Source: Patescibacteria group bacterium
GTDB lineage: Bacteria; Patescibacteriota; UBA1384; JBAYJO01
Assembly (NCBI GenBank): GCA_041665085.1
Contig: JBAYJO010000004.1
Span: forward strand, 20,004 to 84,003
DNA length: 64,000 bases
Reading direction: 5' to 3'
Shown: positions 31,522-40,903 of the stretch, in pieces
Layout: every line of letters starts with the position of its first letter
How positions within the stretch are numbered: the stretch's first letter is position 1
Made by a program: the position numbers and the translations under genes
The notes under the pieces: model-generated
Databases searched by the model: none
Seen by the model: only the letters and a program-made list of their open reading frames with translations
What the model was told of the DNA's origin: nothing

Positions 31522-31845
31522 ATGACTATGTCGCAACGAATACAAAAAATAAATAAATTAATTCAAGAAGAGCTAACGAATTTTTTAAGAAATGAGTATG
31601 CAGAAAAAGGTATTTTTAGTATTTTGGAAGTTTTTGTAAATGATGATCTATCGCTAGCAAAAGTATACATAGATGTATTAAAATTAAATATAGATAACAA
31701 AAAATTTGAAGAAATGCTAAACAGAAAAGCTTTTTATTTCCGTCAGCTTCTTAAAAAACGAATGGTAAGCAAGAAAGTACCACAACTCGTCTTCTATGTC
31801 ATTTCTGAAGCTCCAGAAGACGTTCTAATAGATATTAAAGAATGA
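31522..31845 (+). CDS. rbfA: Ribosome-binding factor A
   Basis: RIQKINKLIQEEL, DLSLAKVY, KKVPQLVF. Confidence 0.85.
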   Translation: MTMSQRIQKINKLIQEELTNFLRNEYAEKGIFSILEVFVNDDLSLAKVYIDVLKLNIDNKKFEEMLNRKAFYFRQLLKKRMVSKKVPQLVFYVISEAPEDVLIDIKE

Positions 31846-32216
31846 AAGTAAGATCCACCCTATTTTCAATATTTTCAACCACTCTTCTCGCTTTTGGCGT
31901 TTGGTTGGTAGTTTTTTTTAATTTTTCTCCACTTAATGCCGATAAATTAACCTTTGCAGCATTTTACGGTAGTCTCTTCCTTTGGCTTACGGGCATAATT
32001 ACCTTTGCGCTTTTCTACACAAAAGTATATCTTAGTAATAAGGAAGTAGTTTTTTCCATCCTTGCGCCATCAGCCAGACAGGCTACGCTAATTGCCGGAG
32101 GGTTAGTTAGTCTTTTGTTTTTTCAAGGAATTGGTGTCTTGAGTTGGTGGGAAGCAGGACTTTGGATTTCGTCACTATTGCTTCTTGAAATGTATTTCCG
32201 GTCAGAAAAAGGATAG
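31842..32216 (+). CDS. Hypothetical membrane protein (about 4 TM)
   Basis: ATGA overlap with rbfA; hydrophobic segments. Confidence 0.75.
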   Translation: MKVRSTLFSIFSTTLLAFGVWLVVFFNFSPLNADKLTFAAFYGSLFLWLTGIITFALFYTKVYLSNKEVVFSILAPSARQATLIAGGLVSLLFFQGIGVLSWWEAGLWISSLLLLEMYFRSEKG

Positions 32217-32221
32217 ATAAA

Positions 32222-32410
32222 ATTAATAAATTTCTAATTTCTAACAAATGAACAATAACCAATTAACAAAAAAATATTTAAAAATCCAAAATTTCTTAAG
32301 CATTTGTATTTTGATATTTTGAATTTATTTAGAAATTAGTAATTAGGAATTATCATACACAGTCGAATCCATATTGATTAGAAATTAGAAATTAGTAATT
32401 AGGAATTATA
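32222..32410. repeat. Heptamer-based (AATTAG[A/T/G]) palindromic intergenic element
   Basis: AATTTCTAATTTCTAA versus TTAGAAATTAG..; 25-nt direct repeat at 32329-32353 and 32385-32409. Confidence 0.6.
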
Positions 32411-32414
32411 TATT

Positions 32415-33104
32415 ATGCAAACTGGTCATCTTCATCCAACAACAATGTTTATGCGTAAAATTGTAAATCATTTTGTGCGTCAAGGATTTAAGGTTGCTGA
32501 AGGTCCTGAAGCTGAAACTGAATGGCACAATTTCGATTTTTTAAATGTATCAGCCGACCATCCATCTCGTGATGCTCAAGATACATTTTGGCTTGACAAA
32601 GAAAAGCTGCTCCGAACTCATACAACATCGGTTCAAGGAAGAATAGTTAATCCTGAATCAAGCATAAAACCTCCGCTTAGATACATTATGCCGGGTAAAA
32701 TCTTCAGAAACGAAGCTACGGATCAGACGCATGAAGCAATTTTCTACCAAATCGACGGTTTTGCTATTGATAAAGATATAAAATTAACTGATTTACTAGG
32801 CGAGCTTGAGAATCTATTCAAATCAATACTAGGGCCTGATACAAAAATCAGATTTAGACCACATCTTTTCCCTTTTGTAGAACCAGGAGTTGAAATGGAT
32901 TTATTCTTTAAAGGTAGATGGATGGAGCTTCTTGGTGCCGGTATGATTCATCCGAAAGTTTTGCAAAATATGGGTCTTGATCCGGCTGAATGGCAAGGTT
33001 TTGCCTTTGGCCTTGGTCTTGATCGATTTTTAATGGCATATTATGGCATTGAAGATATCAGATTGTTCCATAAAAATGATTTGCGCTTTTTGCAGCAATT
33101 TTAA
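32415..33104 (+). CDS. pheS: Phenylalanine-tRNA ligase alpha subunit (no N-terminal coiled coil)
   Basis: GHLHP, HPSRDAQDTF, LLRTHT, FPFVEP, GFAFGLGLDR. Confidence 0.96.
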   Translation: MQTGHLHPTTMFMRKIVNHFVRQGFKVAEGPEAETEWHNFDFLNVSADHPSRDAQDTFWLDKEKLLRTHTTSVQGRIVNPESSIKPPLRYIMPGKIFRNEATDQTHEAIFYQIDGFAIDKDIKLTDLLGELENLFKSILGPDTKIRFRPHLFPFVEPGVEMDLFFKGRWMELLGAGMIHPKVLQNMGLDPAEWQGFAFGLGLDRFLMAYYGIEDIRLFHKNDLRFLQQF

Positions 33105-33110
33105 TTCCAC

Positions 33111-33240
33111 TGTCATTCCAAACTCGCAGCTACGCCAGCTGATAGAGTTGCTCGAGCCCGCCCGGGCTTAGGAGAAATATGGAAACCATTCCCCCTTGTC
33201 ATTCCAGACAGGAAGCAAAGCGTTCCTGATCTGGAATCCA
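33111..33240. repeat. Two tandem TGTCATTCC...GGAA(T/A)CCA palindromic elements
   Basis: 33111-33188 with nested stems, and 33197-33240 TGTCATTCCAGA..TCTGGAATCCA. Confidence 0.7.
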
Positions 33241-33269
33241 TAAAATAGTAAATAATAATTAGGAGAAAA

Positions 33270-33467
33270 ATGAATAAATTAATAAAAAAACTAGGCTGGT
33301 TATTCATCGGTTTCGGCATCGGATTGATTATTAATCCAAAAGATAATTTAATTACAGTTCTGGCAATATTAATTATGATTGCCGGTTTTGTTTTTGCCTT
33401 CTTCATGTCAGATCGTAAAAAAACCGCCCCAAAAGAAGAAAATTATGAAGAAAATAATAAACAATAA
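33270..33467 (+). CDS. Small 2-TM membrane protein between pheS and pheT
   Basis: SD AGGAG; two hydrophobic helices. Confidence 0.65.
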   Translation: MNKLIKKLGWLFIGFGIGLIINPKDNLITVLAILIMIAGFVFAFFMSDRKKTAPKEENYEENNKQ

Positions 33468-33525
33468 CCAATTTTGACTTTATGGACTTTATAAACTTTT
33501 AAATTAGCGACTACAAGGAGCGTTC

Positions 33526-35508
33526 GTGTTAATCCCGATCAAATGGCTTAAACAATTTACTGAAACAGAAAAAAGCGACCAAGAGATCGCAGATATTTTG
33601 CTATTTTCCGGAACCAATATTGAATCAGTTGAAAATGGTGTAATTGATGCTGAAATAACAGCAAATAGACCAGATTGTCTGTCAATTTATGGCACAGCCA
33701 GAGAATATGCAGCAATGTCCAAAGAAGAACTACTTCCGCTTGAAATTTCTCAAATTGATATTTCCACTTTTTGTCATTCCCGCGAAAGCGGGAATCCAGT
33801 TGAAAATGGATTCCATTCGCTAGCTTCTGATACGGCTGATAATATTGAAATCCAAATCGAATCTTCTGATATTTGCCCAAGATATTGTGGTTATGCAATT
33901 AAAAATATACAAATTATGGAATCGCCCGACTGGATGAAAGAAAGACTACAAGCAGCCGGTATGCGACCAATTAACAACATTGTTGATATCACAAACTATA
34001 TTATGCTTGAAACCGGCCAGCCGCTTCATGCATTTGATTTTGATAAAATAAAAAATAGCCCAATGTTGGTTCGCAAAGCAAAAGACGGCGAAATGGTTAA
34101 AACTCTTGATCAAATTGAAAGAAAACTGGACAACGATGCTATTGTGATTGAAAATAACGGCAAGATAGTTGATTTAACTGGTATAATGGGTGGAGCTGAA
34201 TCAGAAATAGATTTAAATACTAAAAACATATTTCTTCAAGCCGCAATATTTAATCCGGTGATGATTAGAAGGACAAGTAAAAGAACCAAACTCTCAACTG
34301 AAGCATCATATAGATACGAGCGTGGTGTTGATATGGAGAAAGCATTAGATTATCTGAAAAGAGCTGCAAACTTATTTAAGGATCTTGCAAATGGTGAAAT
34401 CATCCAAGAAATTGATATATATAAAGAACCGCTCAAGCCTTTTGAAATTACTTGGTCGCTTTCCAAAGCCGAAAGCCTGCTTGGTGTCGAGCTTAAGGCA
34501 GAAGAAGTAATTAATAACTTAAAAAGACTTCAAATTGAAACCTCAAAAACAGGTGATGACACTTTTGTTTCAAAAGCTCCATCGCACAGAATGGATCTTT
34601 GTCTTCCGGAAGATATTTACGAAGAAATTATTAGGTTTTATCCGGTAAATGATCTAGTAAAAACTACTCTTAAACCAATTGAAAATAAAGAAGAAAAATC
34701 ATTCTTCTCGTTTAAAGAATATGTTAAAGATATCTTAGCTGAACTTGGATTAACGGAAATATATGGTTATTCATTCTTGTCAAAAAAAGATTTAGATTCC
34801 ACTTCTCAAACAGGCATTGTAAAAATCGATAACCCAATGTCAGAAGAGCATGAATATTTAAGACCATCGCTACTCTTTGATATGTTAACTGCTGTTTTTA
34901 GAAATCCATCTTTTGATCCGATTGCTATCTTTGAAGTTGGTCATGTATTTACATCAGAGGACGAAAAAGAAAAACTTGGAATTATGATTGCTGGGCGAGG
35001 ATCAGATCATTTAGAATCAGTTACGGATCAATTACTTAAAAATATCGAAGCAGAAGCAGAAATTAAGGTTATTGATATAGATGAAAATATTTTAAATAAA
35101 CTTAAGATTAGAAAAAAGAATGTTAGATATTTAGAGATTGATCTTGAAGAACTGTATAATTCAACTAAACTTACAACTTTTAATTATAAAGTTAAAGATA
35201 TGGATCAAAAATATACAGAAATTGCCAAATTCCCATCAGTAAATCGAGATATTGCCATTATTGTAGATGATTCCATTGATCCAAGTCTAATTTCAACTAA
35301 AATTAAGCAAACTGATAACATGGTCAAGAGTGTTGAACTTTTCGATCAATATATATCAGATAAATTTGGAATTGGTAAAAAATCACTTGCATACCACATC
35401 TTGTATCAATCAGACGAAAAAACACTAAATGATGTGGAAGTAACCAAAATTCATAATCAAATTGTGGTTAATCTAGAAAATGAATTTAACGCAAAATTAA
35501 GAGATTAA
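33526..35508 (+). CDS. pheT: Phenylalanine-tRNA ligase beta subunit (lacks B2 OB domain)
   Basis: EITANRPDCLS, NNIVDITNY..GQPLHAFD, LRPSL, KFPSVNRDIA, KKSLAY. Confidence 0.96.
   Translation: MLIPIKWLKQFTETEKSDQEIADILLFSGTNIESVENGVIDAEITANRPDCLSIYGTAREYAAMSKEELLPLEISQIDISTFCHSRESGNPVENGFHSLASDTADNIEIQIESSDICPRYCGYAIKNIQIMESPDWMKERLQAAGMRPINNIVDITNYIMLETGQPLHAFDFDKIKNSPMLVRKAKDGEMVKTLDQIERKLDNDAIVIENNGKIVDLTGIMGGAESEIDLNTKNIFLQAAIFNPVMIRRTSKRTKLSTEASYRYERGVDMEKALDYLKRAANLFKDLANGEIIQEIDIYKEPLKPFEITWSLSKAESLLGVELKAEEVINNLKRLQIETSKTGDDTFVSKAPSHRMDLCLPEDIYEEIIRFYPVNDLVKTTLKPIENKEEKSFFSFKEYVKDILAELGLTEIYGYSFLSKKDLDSTSQTGIVKIDNPMSEEHEYLRPSLLFDMLTAVFRNPSFDPIAIFEVGHVFTSEDEKEKLGIMIAGRGSDHLESVTDQLLKNIEAEAEIKVIDIDENILNKLKIRKKNVRYLEIDLEELYNSTKLTTFNYKVKDMDQKYTEIAKFPSVNRDIAIIVDDSIDPSLISTKIKQTDNMVKSVELFDQYISDKFGIGKKSLAYHILYQSDEKTLNDVEVTKIHNQIVVNLENEFNAKLRD
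33772..33814. repeat. Palindromic element inserted in frame in pheT (CHSRESGNP)
   Basis: TGTCATTCCCGCGAAAGCGGGAATCCAGT followed by a partial inverted copy TGGATTCC. Confidence 0.8.
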
Positions 35509-35558
35509 AATTATATTTAATCATTAAAACATTTTAAATTAATTAGAAATTTATAACT

Positions 35559-36266
35559 ATGCTTGAAAGAATTCAAAAAATTATCGCTGCTTCTGGTTAT
35601 TGTTCTAGGCGAAAAGCTGAAGAACTAATAAAAGAACAGAAAGTTAAGGTAAATGGGAAGATTATTTCTTTGGGCTTTAAAGTTGAGCCTGATAAATGTG
35701 AAATTTTAATTGATAATCAGCCAATCGCTTCAAAAGAAAATTTTGTCTATTTTGCTTTAAATAAACCTCGAGGGTTTACTTCAACCCTAAGCGATCCCCA
35801 TGCTAAAAAAACCGTTACAACTCTAGTTCGAGAGGACGCAAGAATATTTCCTGTGGGCAGACTAGATAAAGACTCTGAAGGACTAATCATTTTAACTAAT
35901 GATGGTGAATTTGCCAATCTCTTGACTCATCCAAAATTTGAACACGAAAAAGAATATGCAGTTCTCGCATCATATAGAAAAGGAACTCCTCGAGAAGAAT
36001 TACTCAAAAAACTGGAAAAAATGGAAAGCGGAGTAATGATTGAAGACAAGAAAACCTCGCCTGCTAAAATCACTTTAATTAAGGCTTCAAATCTGATAGA
36101 ATTTAATATAGTGATCCACGAAGGACGCAAAAGACAGATTCGCCAAATGTGCAGTTCGGTTGGTTTTAATGTTGAAAGATTAACAAGAATTCGAATTGGT
36201 AAACTTGAACTTGGCGAACTAAAATCAGGCAAATATCGAAGTATTAGTAGAGAAGAAGTGGTGTAA
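35559..36266 (+). CDS. rluB: RsuA/RluB-family pseudouridine synthase
   Basis: S4 domain ERIQK..SRRKAE, PVGRLDKDSEGL, EGRKRQIR. Confidence 0.88.
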   Translation: MLERIQKIIAASGYCSRRKAEELIKEQKVKVNGKIISLGFKVEPDKCEILIDNQPIASKENFVYFALNKPRGFTSTLSDPHAKKTVTTLVREDARIFPVGRLDKDSEGLIILTNDGEFANLLTHPKFEHEKEYAVLASYRKGTPREELLKKLEKMESGVMIEDKKTSPAKITLIKASNLIEFNIVIHEGRKRQIRQMCSSVGFNVERLTRIRIGKLELGELKSGKYRSISREEVV

Positions 36267-36268
36267 AT

Positions 36269-36435
36269 AATCAATTACTAATTCCTAATTAGTAATTAAT
36301 AACCAATAATCAAGAAACAATCACCAGAAAATATATCAATAATCAATAAACCAAATAAAATTGGAATTGTTTGAATATTGATATTTGAAAAATTGGTTAT
36401 TAACTGGTTATTGATGATTGTACCTTGGTTATTAT
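36269..36435. repeat. Heptamer-based AT-rich inverted-repeat element
   Basis: ATAACCAA/AATCAAT units mirrored by TTGGTTAT/ATTGAT units; AATTACTAATT-CCT-AATTAGTAATT hairpin. Confidence 0.55.
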
Positions 36436-36468
36436 AAAATATTAATTTAAATTATCCTAGGAGATTCC

Positions 36469-37857
36469 ATGCAACGAACACTAACCAAAAATTTATCAGA
36501 AAATATTGGTAAACAGGTCAACGTATTGGGTTGGGTAAACACCAGACGAGATCATGGTAAAATCATCTTTATTGATGCCCGCGATCGATGGGGGATAGTT
36601 CAGTGTGTCTTTGTTCCGGGAAATGAAGCATATGAAACCGGTCAAAAACTTCGCACAGAATTTGTAGTGTCACTTAAAGGTTTAGTCAAAAAAAGACCGG
36701 AAAGTATGATCAATACTAAAATAGCAACCGGTGAAATTGAACTTGAAGTTCAAGAATGTGAAATTTTAAATGAATCAGAAACTGTACCATTTGAAATTGA
36801 TAAAGATACAAAAGATACAAATGAAGAAACTCGCCTGAAATACAAATATTTAGATATAAGAAGTGAGAGAATTAAAGAAAGCCTGTGTAAACGAGCTGAG
36901 CTAATTGGATTTATTAGAAATTATTTAGCCGAGCGAGAATTTATTGAAATCGAAACCCCTATGCTTACCAAATCAACTCCGGAAGGCGCCAGAGACTATG
37001 TCGTTCCGTCCCGTCTTCAGGCCGGCAATTTCTATGCTCTTCCTCAATCCCCACAACAATTTAAGCAGCTGCTTATGGTCGGTGGCATTGAGAGATATTT
37101 TCAAATTGCAAAATGCTTGAGAGATGAAGATTCAAGAGGCGACAGACAACCGGAACATACCCAGCTTGATATTGAAATGAGCTTTTTTTCGCGCGACGAG
37201 CTGCTTGATCTGGTTGAAAATTTAATGATTGAAACAATTAAAAAAACTTATCCTGAAAAAAAACTTACATTTACACCTTTTAAGAGACTAACTCACAAAG
37301 AATCAATGGAGCAATATAAAACAGATAAACCGGATTTAAGAGTTGATAAAAATAATCCGGATGAATTAGCATTTGTCTGGATTTTAGATTTTCCACTTTT
37401 TGAAAGAAACGACAAAGGAGAATTAACCTATTCACATAATCCATTTACCTCACCAAAAAAAGATGAAATTGAATTTGTGATGAAAGGTGAAAAACTCGAG
37501 GAACTCTCATCAGAACAATACGACCTAGCCTGCAATGGCTATGAAATCGGCAGCGGTAGCATCCGAATTAACCAACCGGAAATTCTTGAGAAAATATTTG
37601 AAATCTTAGGCCATTCTAAAGAGAAGACCAAAGAACAGTTCGGTCACATTCTTCAAGCCTTTAAATATGGCGCACCTCCTCATGGTGGAATTGCTTGGGG
37701 ACTTGATCGTTTAGTTATGATTCTTCAAAACGAACCAAACATCAGAGAAGTAATTGCCTTTCCAAAAACAGGAGATGGTCGAGATCTAATGATGTCCGCT
37801 CCAAGTGAAATTTCCGATCTACAGCTCAAAGAACTTCATTTGCAAATTAAGAAATAA
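36469..37857 (+). CDS. aspS: Aspartate-tRNA ligase, bacterial type without GAD insertion; possibly non-discriminating
   Basis: RRDHG, STPEGARDY, YALPQSPQQFKQLLM, RDED.R.DRQPE, GAPPHGGIAWGLDR. Confidence 0.95.
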   Translation: MQRTLTKNLSENIGKQVNVLGWVNTRRDHGKIIFIDARDRWGIVQCVFVPGNEAYETGQKLRTEFVVSLKGLVKKRPESMINTKIATGEIELEVQECEILNESETVPFEIDKDTKDTNEETRLKYKYLDIRSERIKESLCKRAELIGFIRNYLAEREFIEIETPMLTKSTPEGARDYVVPSRLQAGNFYALPQSPQQFKQLLMVGGIERYFQIAKCLRDEDSRGDRQPEHTQLDIEMSFFSRDELLDLVENLMIETIKKTYPEKKLTFTPFKRLTHKESMEQYKTDKPDLRVDKNNPDELAFVWILDFPLFERNDKGELTYSHNPFTSPKKDEIEFVMKGEKLEELSSEQYDLACNGYEIGSGSIRINQPEILEKIFEILGHSKEKTKEQFGHILQAFKYGAPPHGGIAWGLDRLVMILQNEPNIREVIAFPKTGDGRDLMMSAPSEISDLQLKELHLQIKK

Positions 37858-37870
37858 TAAAAATAAACAA

Positions 37871-37900
37871 TTGGACGGTGTTGTCTCCAACACCGTCCAA
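37871..37900. terminator. Perfect 13-bp hairpin between convergent aspS and orphan gene
   Basis: TTGGACGGTGTTG-TCTC-CAACACCGTCCAA. Confidence 0.8.
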
Positions 37901-37925
37901 GTCAGTACACGAGGCAGAATGGGGT

Positions 37926-38846
37926 TCATTCGCTACTCTTATCCGAGTGAAGCTGGCAAGCCAAGCGCTCACGCGCTGCGAGCAAAGACCGAACTGTTTG
38001 CGGTTGCAAACCCGTACTCCAGTATTTCTTTCGATGCTCCCCATTCGCCACTTCGTCTAGGAACTGATCTATTGCGGGTCGAGAAGTAAACCAATGGCCG
38101 CTTTTGCGTTTGGCATGAAGCATTTTGCGGCCAAACATCGTTAGCAGCTTCTTGTATGTAATCTCGATCAGAAGTTCGTGAGCTTGTTCTGAAGAAAGTT
38201 CTCCCTCTTTCTGAAGCCAGTTTCGCTGACCGGCTTTTTGCCGCCTCTTCTTCTTCAGCTCTGGCATGATTTTGGCAATCTCTGGCAGATCCTCCCTCAT
38301 TACAGCCGAACGGCCGAAGATGTCCTCGCCTTTCGCTACTTTGAGAATATCTCTATTCATGTAGTTTCTCAAGCAGTTATCAGAAACACGAAGACCCAAT
38401 TTCTTCAACTCTACGACTGCAGTCGAATAGCTAACCCAGCAACAAACAGCAGTGCTTATACGTAGCGCTTCGTCTGCTTGGACAAACCAGTGCCCACCGC
38501 AAGTACCACGACGATGAGGGTCGAGAACCTTTACTCCAATGATCTTATTGGTATATACAAGATAATTGGGCTTCTTGATCCTGATCAGCTTAGCCAGATC
38601 CGCCAAAAAGCATCCTTCAGCGTGAGACTGTAAGAACTGCCAAACTGTATAAGGCAGGCCATTCACATATTGCACTGTTTCGTCTGGCAATATCGGTTCT
38701 GCACATGACTCGTCTTCATCTACCTCAAGTTCCTTTGCAACAATCGGAACAGGGGCAGACAACTTAGCTCGGCAGCCGATACACAAATCATTGCCTGGTA
38801 TAGCATCGCATAGACAAGATGCATAATTCTTGCATAGTCGAGACAT
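37926..38846 (-). CDS. Orphan protein: N-terminal Cys cluster plus tandem excisionase-like HTH segments
   Basis: SD GGAGG; CKNYASCLC..CIGC; LSSEQAHELL..HAKRKSGHWFTSRPAIDQFL resembles HTH_17; visibly higher GC. Confidence 0.7.
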   Translation of the reverse strand: MSRLCKNYASCLCDAIPGNDLCIGCRAKLSAPVPIVAKELEVDEDESCAEPILPDETVQYVNGLPYTVWQFLQSHAEGCFLADLAKLIRIKKPNYLVYTNKIIGVKVLDPHRRGTCGGHWFVQADEALRISTAVCCWVSYSTAVVELKKLGLRVSDNCLRNYMNRDILKVAKGEDIFGRSAVMREDLPEIAKIMPELKKKRRQKAGQRNWLQKEGELSSEQAHELLIEITYKKLLTMFGRKMLHAKRKSGHWFTSRPAIDQFLDEVANGEHRKKYWSTGLQPQTVRSLLAARERLACQLHSDKSSE

Positions 38847-39042
38847 AGTGAACGCCTCCGTTCGTTTGGTTTGAATAAACCTTAATTAAAATATACAGAA
38901 ATTTCAAGAAATAGCAATACGATAGCAATAATTTATATTCAAAAAATATTATTAAAAATTTCATAAATTTTATATATAATAGTTGGACAAAAAGCATATT
39001 AACTGGTATAATATATACATTGACTTGAAGGAGGACGATCAC

Positions 39043-39642
39043 ATGTCTCTGTGTTGCAGTAATTGTCAACGCGTTATGGCTCCAAGTACACAACTGCCGG
39101 GTACAGATGGTGTTATCATCACACCAAAACTAGTTGCCAACGGGTTCAAAGTCGAGCAGGGCAGCGATATCATTTGGCATCCGGTATATGCCACAGGACC
39201 GATTGAGGCAGCACTCTGTTTTGAGTGCGTGTTTTCAAAGGGTGTGGAGACTCAACCGGGAAAGATCGCTCTGATCCGAAGAATGTATAAACTCGAGGAT
39301 CATTACTGTGAGTTTCTCAACCTCGCAAAAACTCGCGGTTTGTCTGGACAAGAAAGTACAGAAAGCACTCTGCTAGGGAAGCAGATTACAGAGTTCTGTA
39401 GTCAGCTCGGATTGGCAGAATGTCTTTTCTGCCATGAAACATTGGAGACATTCAAGTCTCCAATGTTCATGGCAAAGATGTTCGATCGATACAAAGCAAG
39501 ACAGTCCCCCGGTTTTCAGCTGACCGGAAACTACCAATGGAGCAACTACGAAACAGGACACTACCTGTTCGGAGTCTGCTTCGGATGCTTCTCGAAACTC
39601 TACCTACCGTCATTGACCAAGCTTGGTTACCTGAAGTCCTAG
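39043..39642 (+). CDS. Orphan protein with four CxxC motifs (two putative zinc sites)
   Basis: Start moved to ATG 39043 after SD AAGGAGG; promoter TGGACA-17-TATAAT 38984-39012; CSNC, CFEC, CLFC, CFGC. Confidence 0.7.
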   Translation: MSLCCSNCQRVMAPSTQLPGTDGVIITPKLVANGFKVEQGSDIIWHPVYATGPIEAALCFECVFSKGVETQPGKIALIRRMYKLEDHYCEFLNLAKTRGLSGQESTESTLLGKQITEFCSQLGLAECLFCHETLETFKSPMFMAKMFDRYKARQSPGFQLTGNYQWSNYETGHYLFGVCFGCFSKLYLPSLTKLGYLKS

Positions 39643-39670
39643 CCAGCTAACCGAATTGGGTCAATAGACC

Positions 39671-39701
39671 AACGCCCGATCGGTTTATCTCATCGGGCGT
39701 T
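39671..39701 (+). terminator. Hairpin terminator
   Basis: AACGCCCGAT...ATCGGGCGTT. Confidence 0.7.
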
Positions 39702-39733
39702 TGCATTTCATGAGAACAAGAACGATAATGAGT

Positions 39734-39848
39734 CTGTCGACAAATGCGCTTTTGAAGCGAAAGTGTCAGTTTACAGCCCGCCTAGACTCGTCTCGATTCG
39801 AATCGAAACTATTTAGTCGAGGCTGGCCAGAATGGTATTTGTCGACAG
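39734..39848. other. Candidate structured RNA/leader (multibranch hairpin)
   Basis: CTGTCGACAAATGC / GTATTTGTCGACAG outer stem enclosing CGCTT/AAGCG, CAGCC/GGCTG and TCGATTCGAATCGA. Confidence 0.4.
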
Positions 39849-39879
39849 GGTCAATAATTGCAAAGGGGGTGATGAGGCC

Positions 39880-40131
39880 GTGCTGGTCATTTTGAGAATA
39901 ATTGCAGCAGTAGGCATGATCGTCTTTCTGCTTGCGGGCGTATGTCTGTCCATTGTCGCATTTGTGTTGATTATGCGAAACAGCATACTGACAACGCTTG
40001 GGTTGCTTGCTCTATCTTCGCTATCCCTACGGGTAAGCATGTGTTTCTGCGAGCTGTTTAGCTATGCAGATAGAATGTACTGGAACAAGCATTGGGCTAG
40101 GTTCTTAGGTTTCACGAAAACCAAAGCCTAG
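39880..40131 (+). CDS. Small hydrophobic 2-TM protein
   Basis: Likely GTG start at 39880 after GGGGGTGA; followed by hairpin GGGGCGGAA/TTCCGCCTC 40149-40171. Confidence 0.55.
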   Translation: MLVILRIIAAVGMIVFLLAGVCLSIVAFVLIMRNSILTTLGLLALSSLSLRVSMCFCELFSYADRMYWNKHWARFLGFTKTKA

Positions 40132-40252
40132 CCAGCAATAGTAACTCTGGGGCGGAATCGATTTCCGCCTCAACTCTTAAATATTAGAATGAATTGATAA
40201 AAAATATGTGGGAAGATTAGATAAAAATATTATAAAAATTAAAAATATAAAT

Positions 40253-40311
40253 ATACGAACAAAATACGAACTTATCCACATATTGATATACATCCCTGTT
40301 AAGTCTAGAAT
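40253..40311 (+). promoter_or_regulatory. GAAC-N7-GAAC + DnaA box + sigma70 promoter of the NYN gene
   Basis: GAAC 40257/40268, TTATCCACA 40272-40280, TTGATA-17-TAGAAT 40283-40311. Confidence 0.65.
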
Positions 40312-40347
40312 ATAAGTAAATAAGCAAAGGCTAAAACATGGGAAAAA

Positions 40348-40860
40348 ATGAAAAAAGAAAAACACCATACGGTTTATGCATTTATAGATAGCCAAAATCT
40401 AAATCTAGCTATTCAGGATCTTGGCTGGAAATTAGATTATAAAAGGTTTAGAGTTTATATTGAAGATAAATTTGAAGTTAAAAAGACTTTTCTTTTTATT
40501 GGTTATATTAAAGGAAATGAAGTTTTATACGAAAATTTAAAGAGATCCGGTTATAATCTTATTTTTAAACCAACACTTGAGTTTAAAAAAGATAAAAAAG
40601 TTCAAACCAAAGGAAATGTTGACGCTGAGTTAGTTTTACATACTATGATTGAGCTCAATAATTTTGACAAAGCGGTTATTATTTCCGGTGATGGTGATTT
40701 TCATTGTCTTATAGAATATCTTTTAAGAAAAAATAAACTAAAATGCGTTATTGTGCCTAATTTTTACAAGTTTTCAGCTTTACTTAGAAAATTTATGAAG
40801 TATTTGTATTTTTTAAATAAATTAAAAAATAAACTGGAATATACAAAAGAGAGGCATTAA
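40348..40860 (+). CDS. NYN (LabA/DUF88, PIN-like) domain protein
   Basis: FIDSQNL, KGNVDAEL, IISGDGDF acidic PIN/NYN motifs. Confidence 0.9.
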   Translation: MKKEKHHTVYAFIDSQNLNLAIQDLGWKLDYKRFRVYIEDKFEVKKTFLFIGYIKGNEVLYENLKRSGYNLIFKPTLEFKKDKKVQTKGNVDAELVLHTMIELNNFDKAVIISGDGDFHCLIEYLLRKNKLKCVIVPNFYKFSALLRKFMKYLYFLNKLKNKLEYTKERH

Positions 40861-40903
40861 CCTTCGGACAAAACCTTAGGTGTGGCCTCTCATCATGATT
40901 CTT
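40844..40903 (-). ncRNA. Candidate small RNA convergent with, and overlapping, the NYN 3' end
   Basis: Minus-strand promoter TTGACT(40937)-17-TATTCT(40914) with TG; GAGAGGC/GCCTCTC stem with inner ACCT/AGGT, then UUUU. Confidence 0.5.

Noticed and set aside
32329-32409. 25-nt direct repeat with 31-nt spacer, resembling a mini CRISPR array
   Set aside because: Only two copies, built from low-complexity AATTAG heptamers shared with other intergenic elements; no cas genes
33113-33406. 97-aa minus-strand ORF between pheS and pheT
   Set aside because: Composed of the antisense of the small membrane gene plus palindromic repeats
39701-39895. 64-aa ORF across the structured element
   Set aside because: No SD, starts within a terminator, no recognisable features; the region is better explained as structured non-coding sequence
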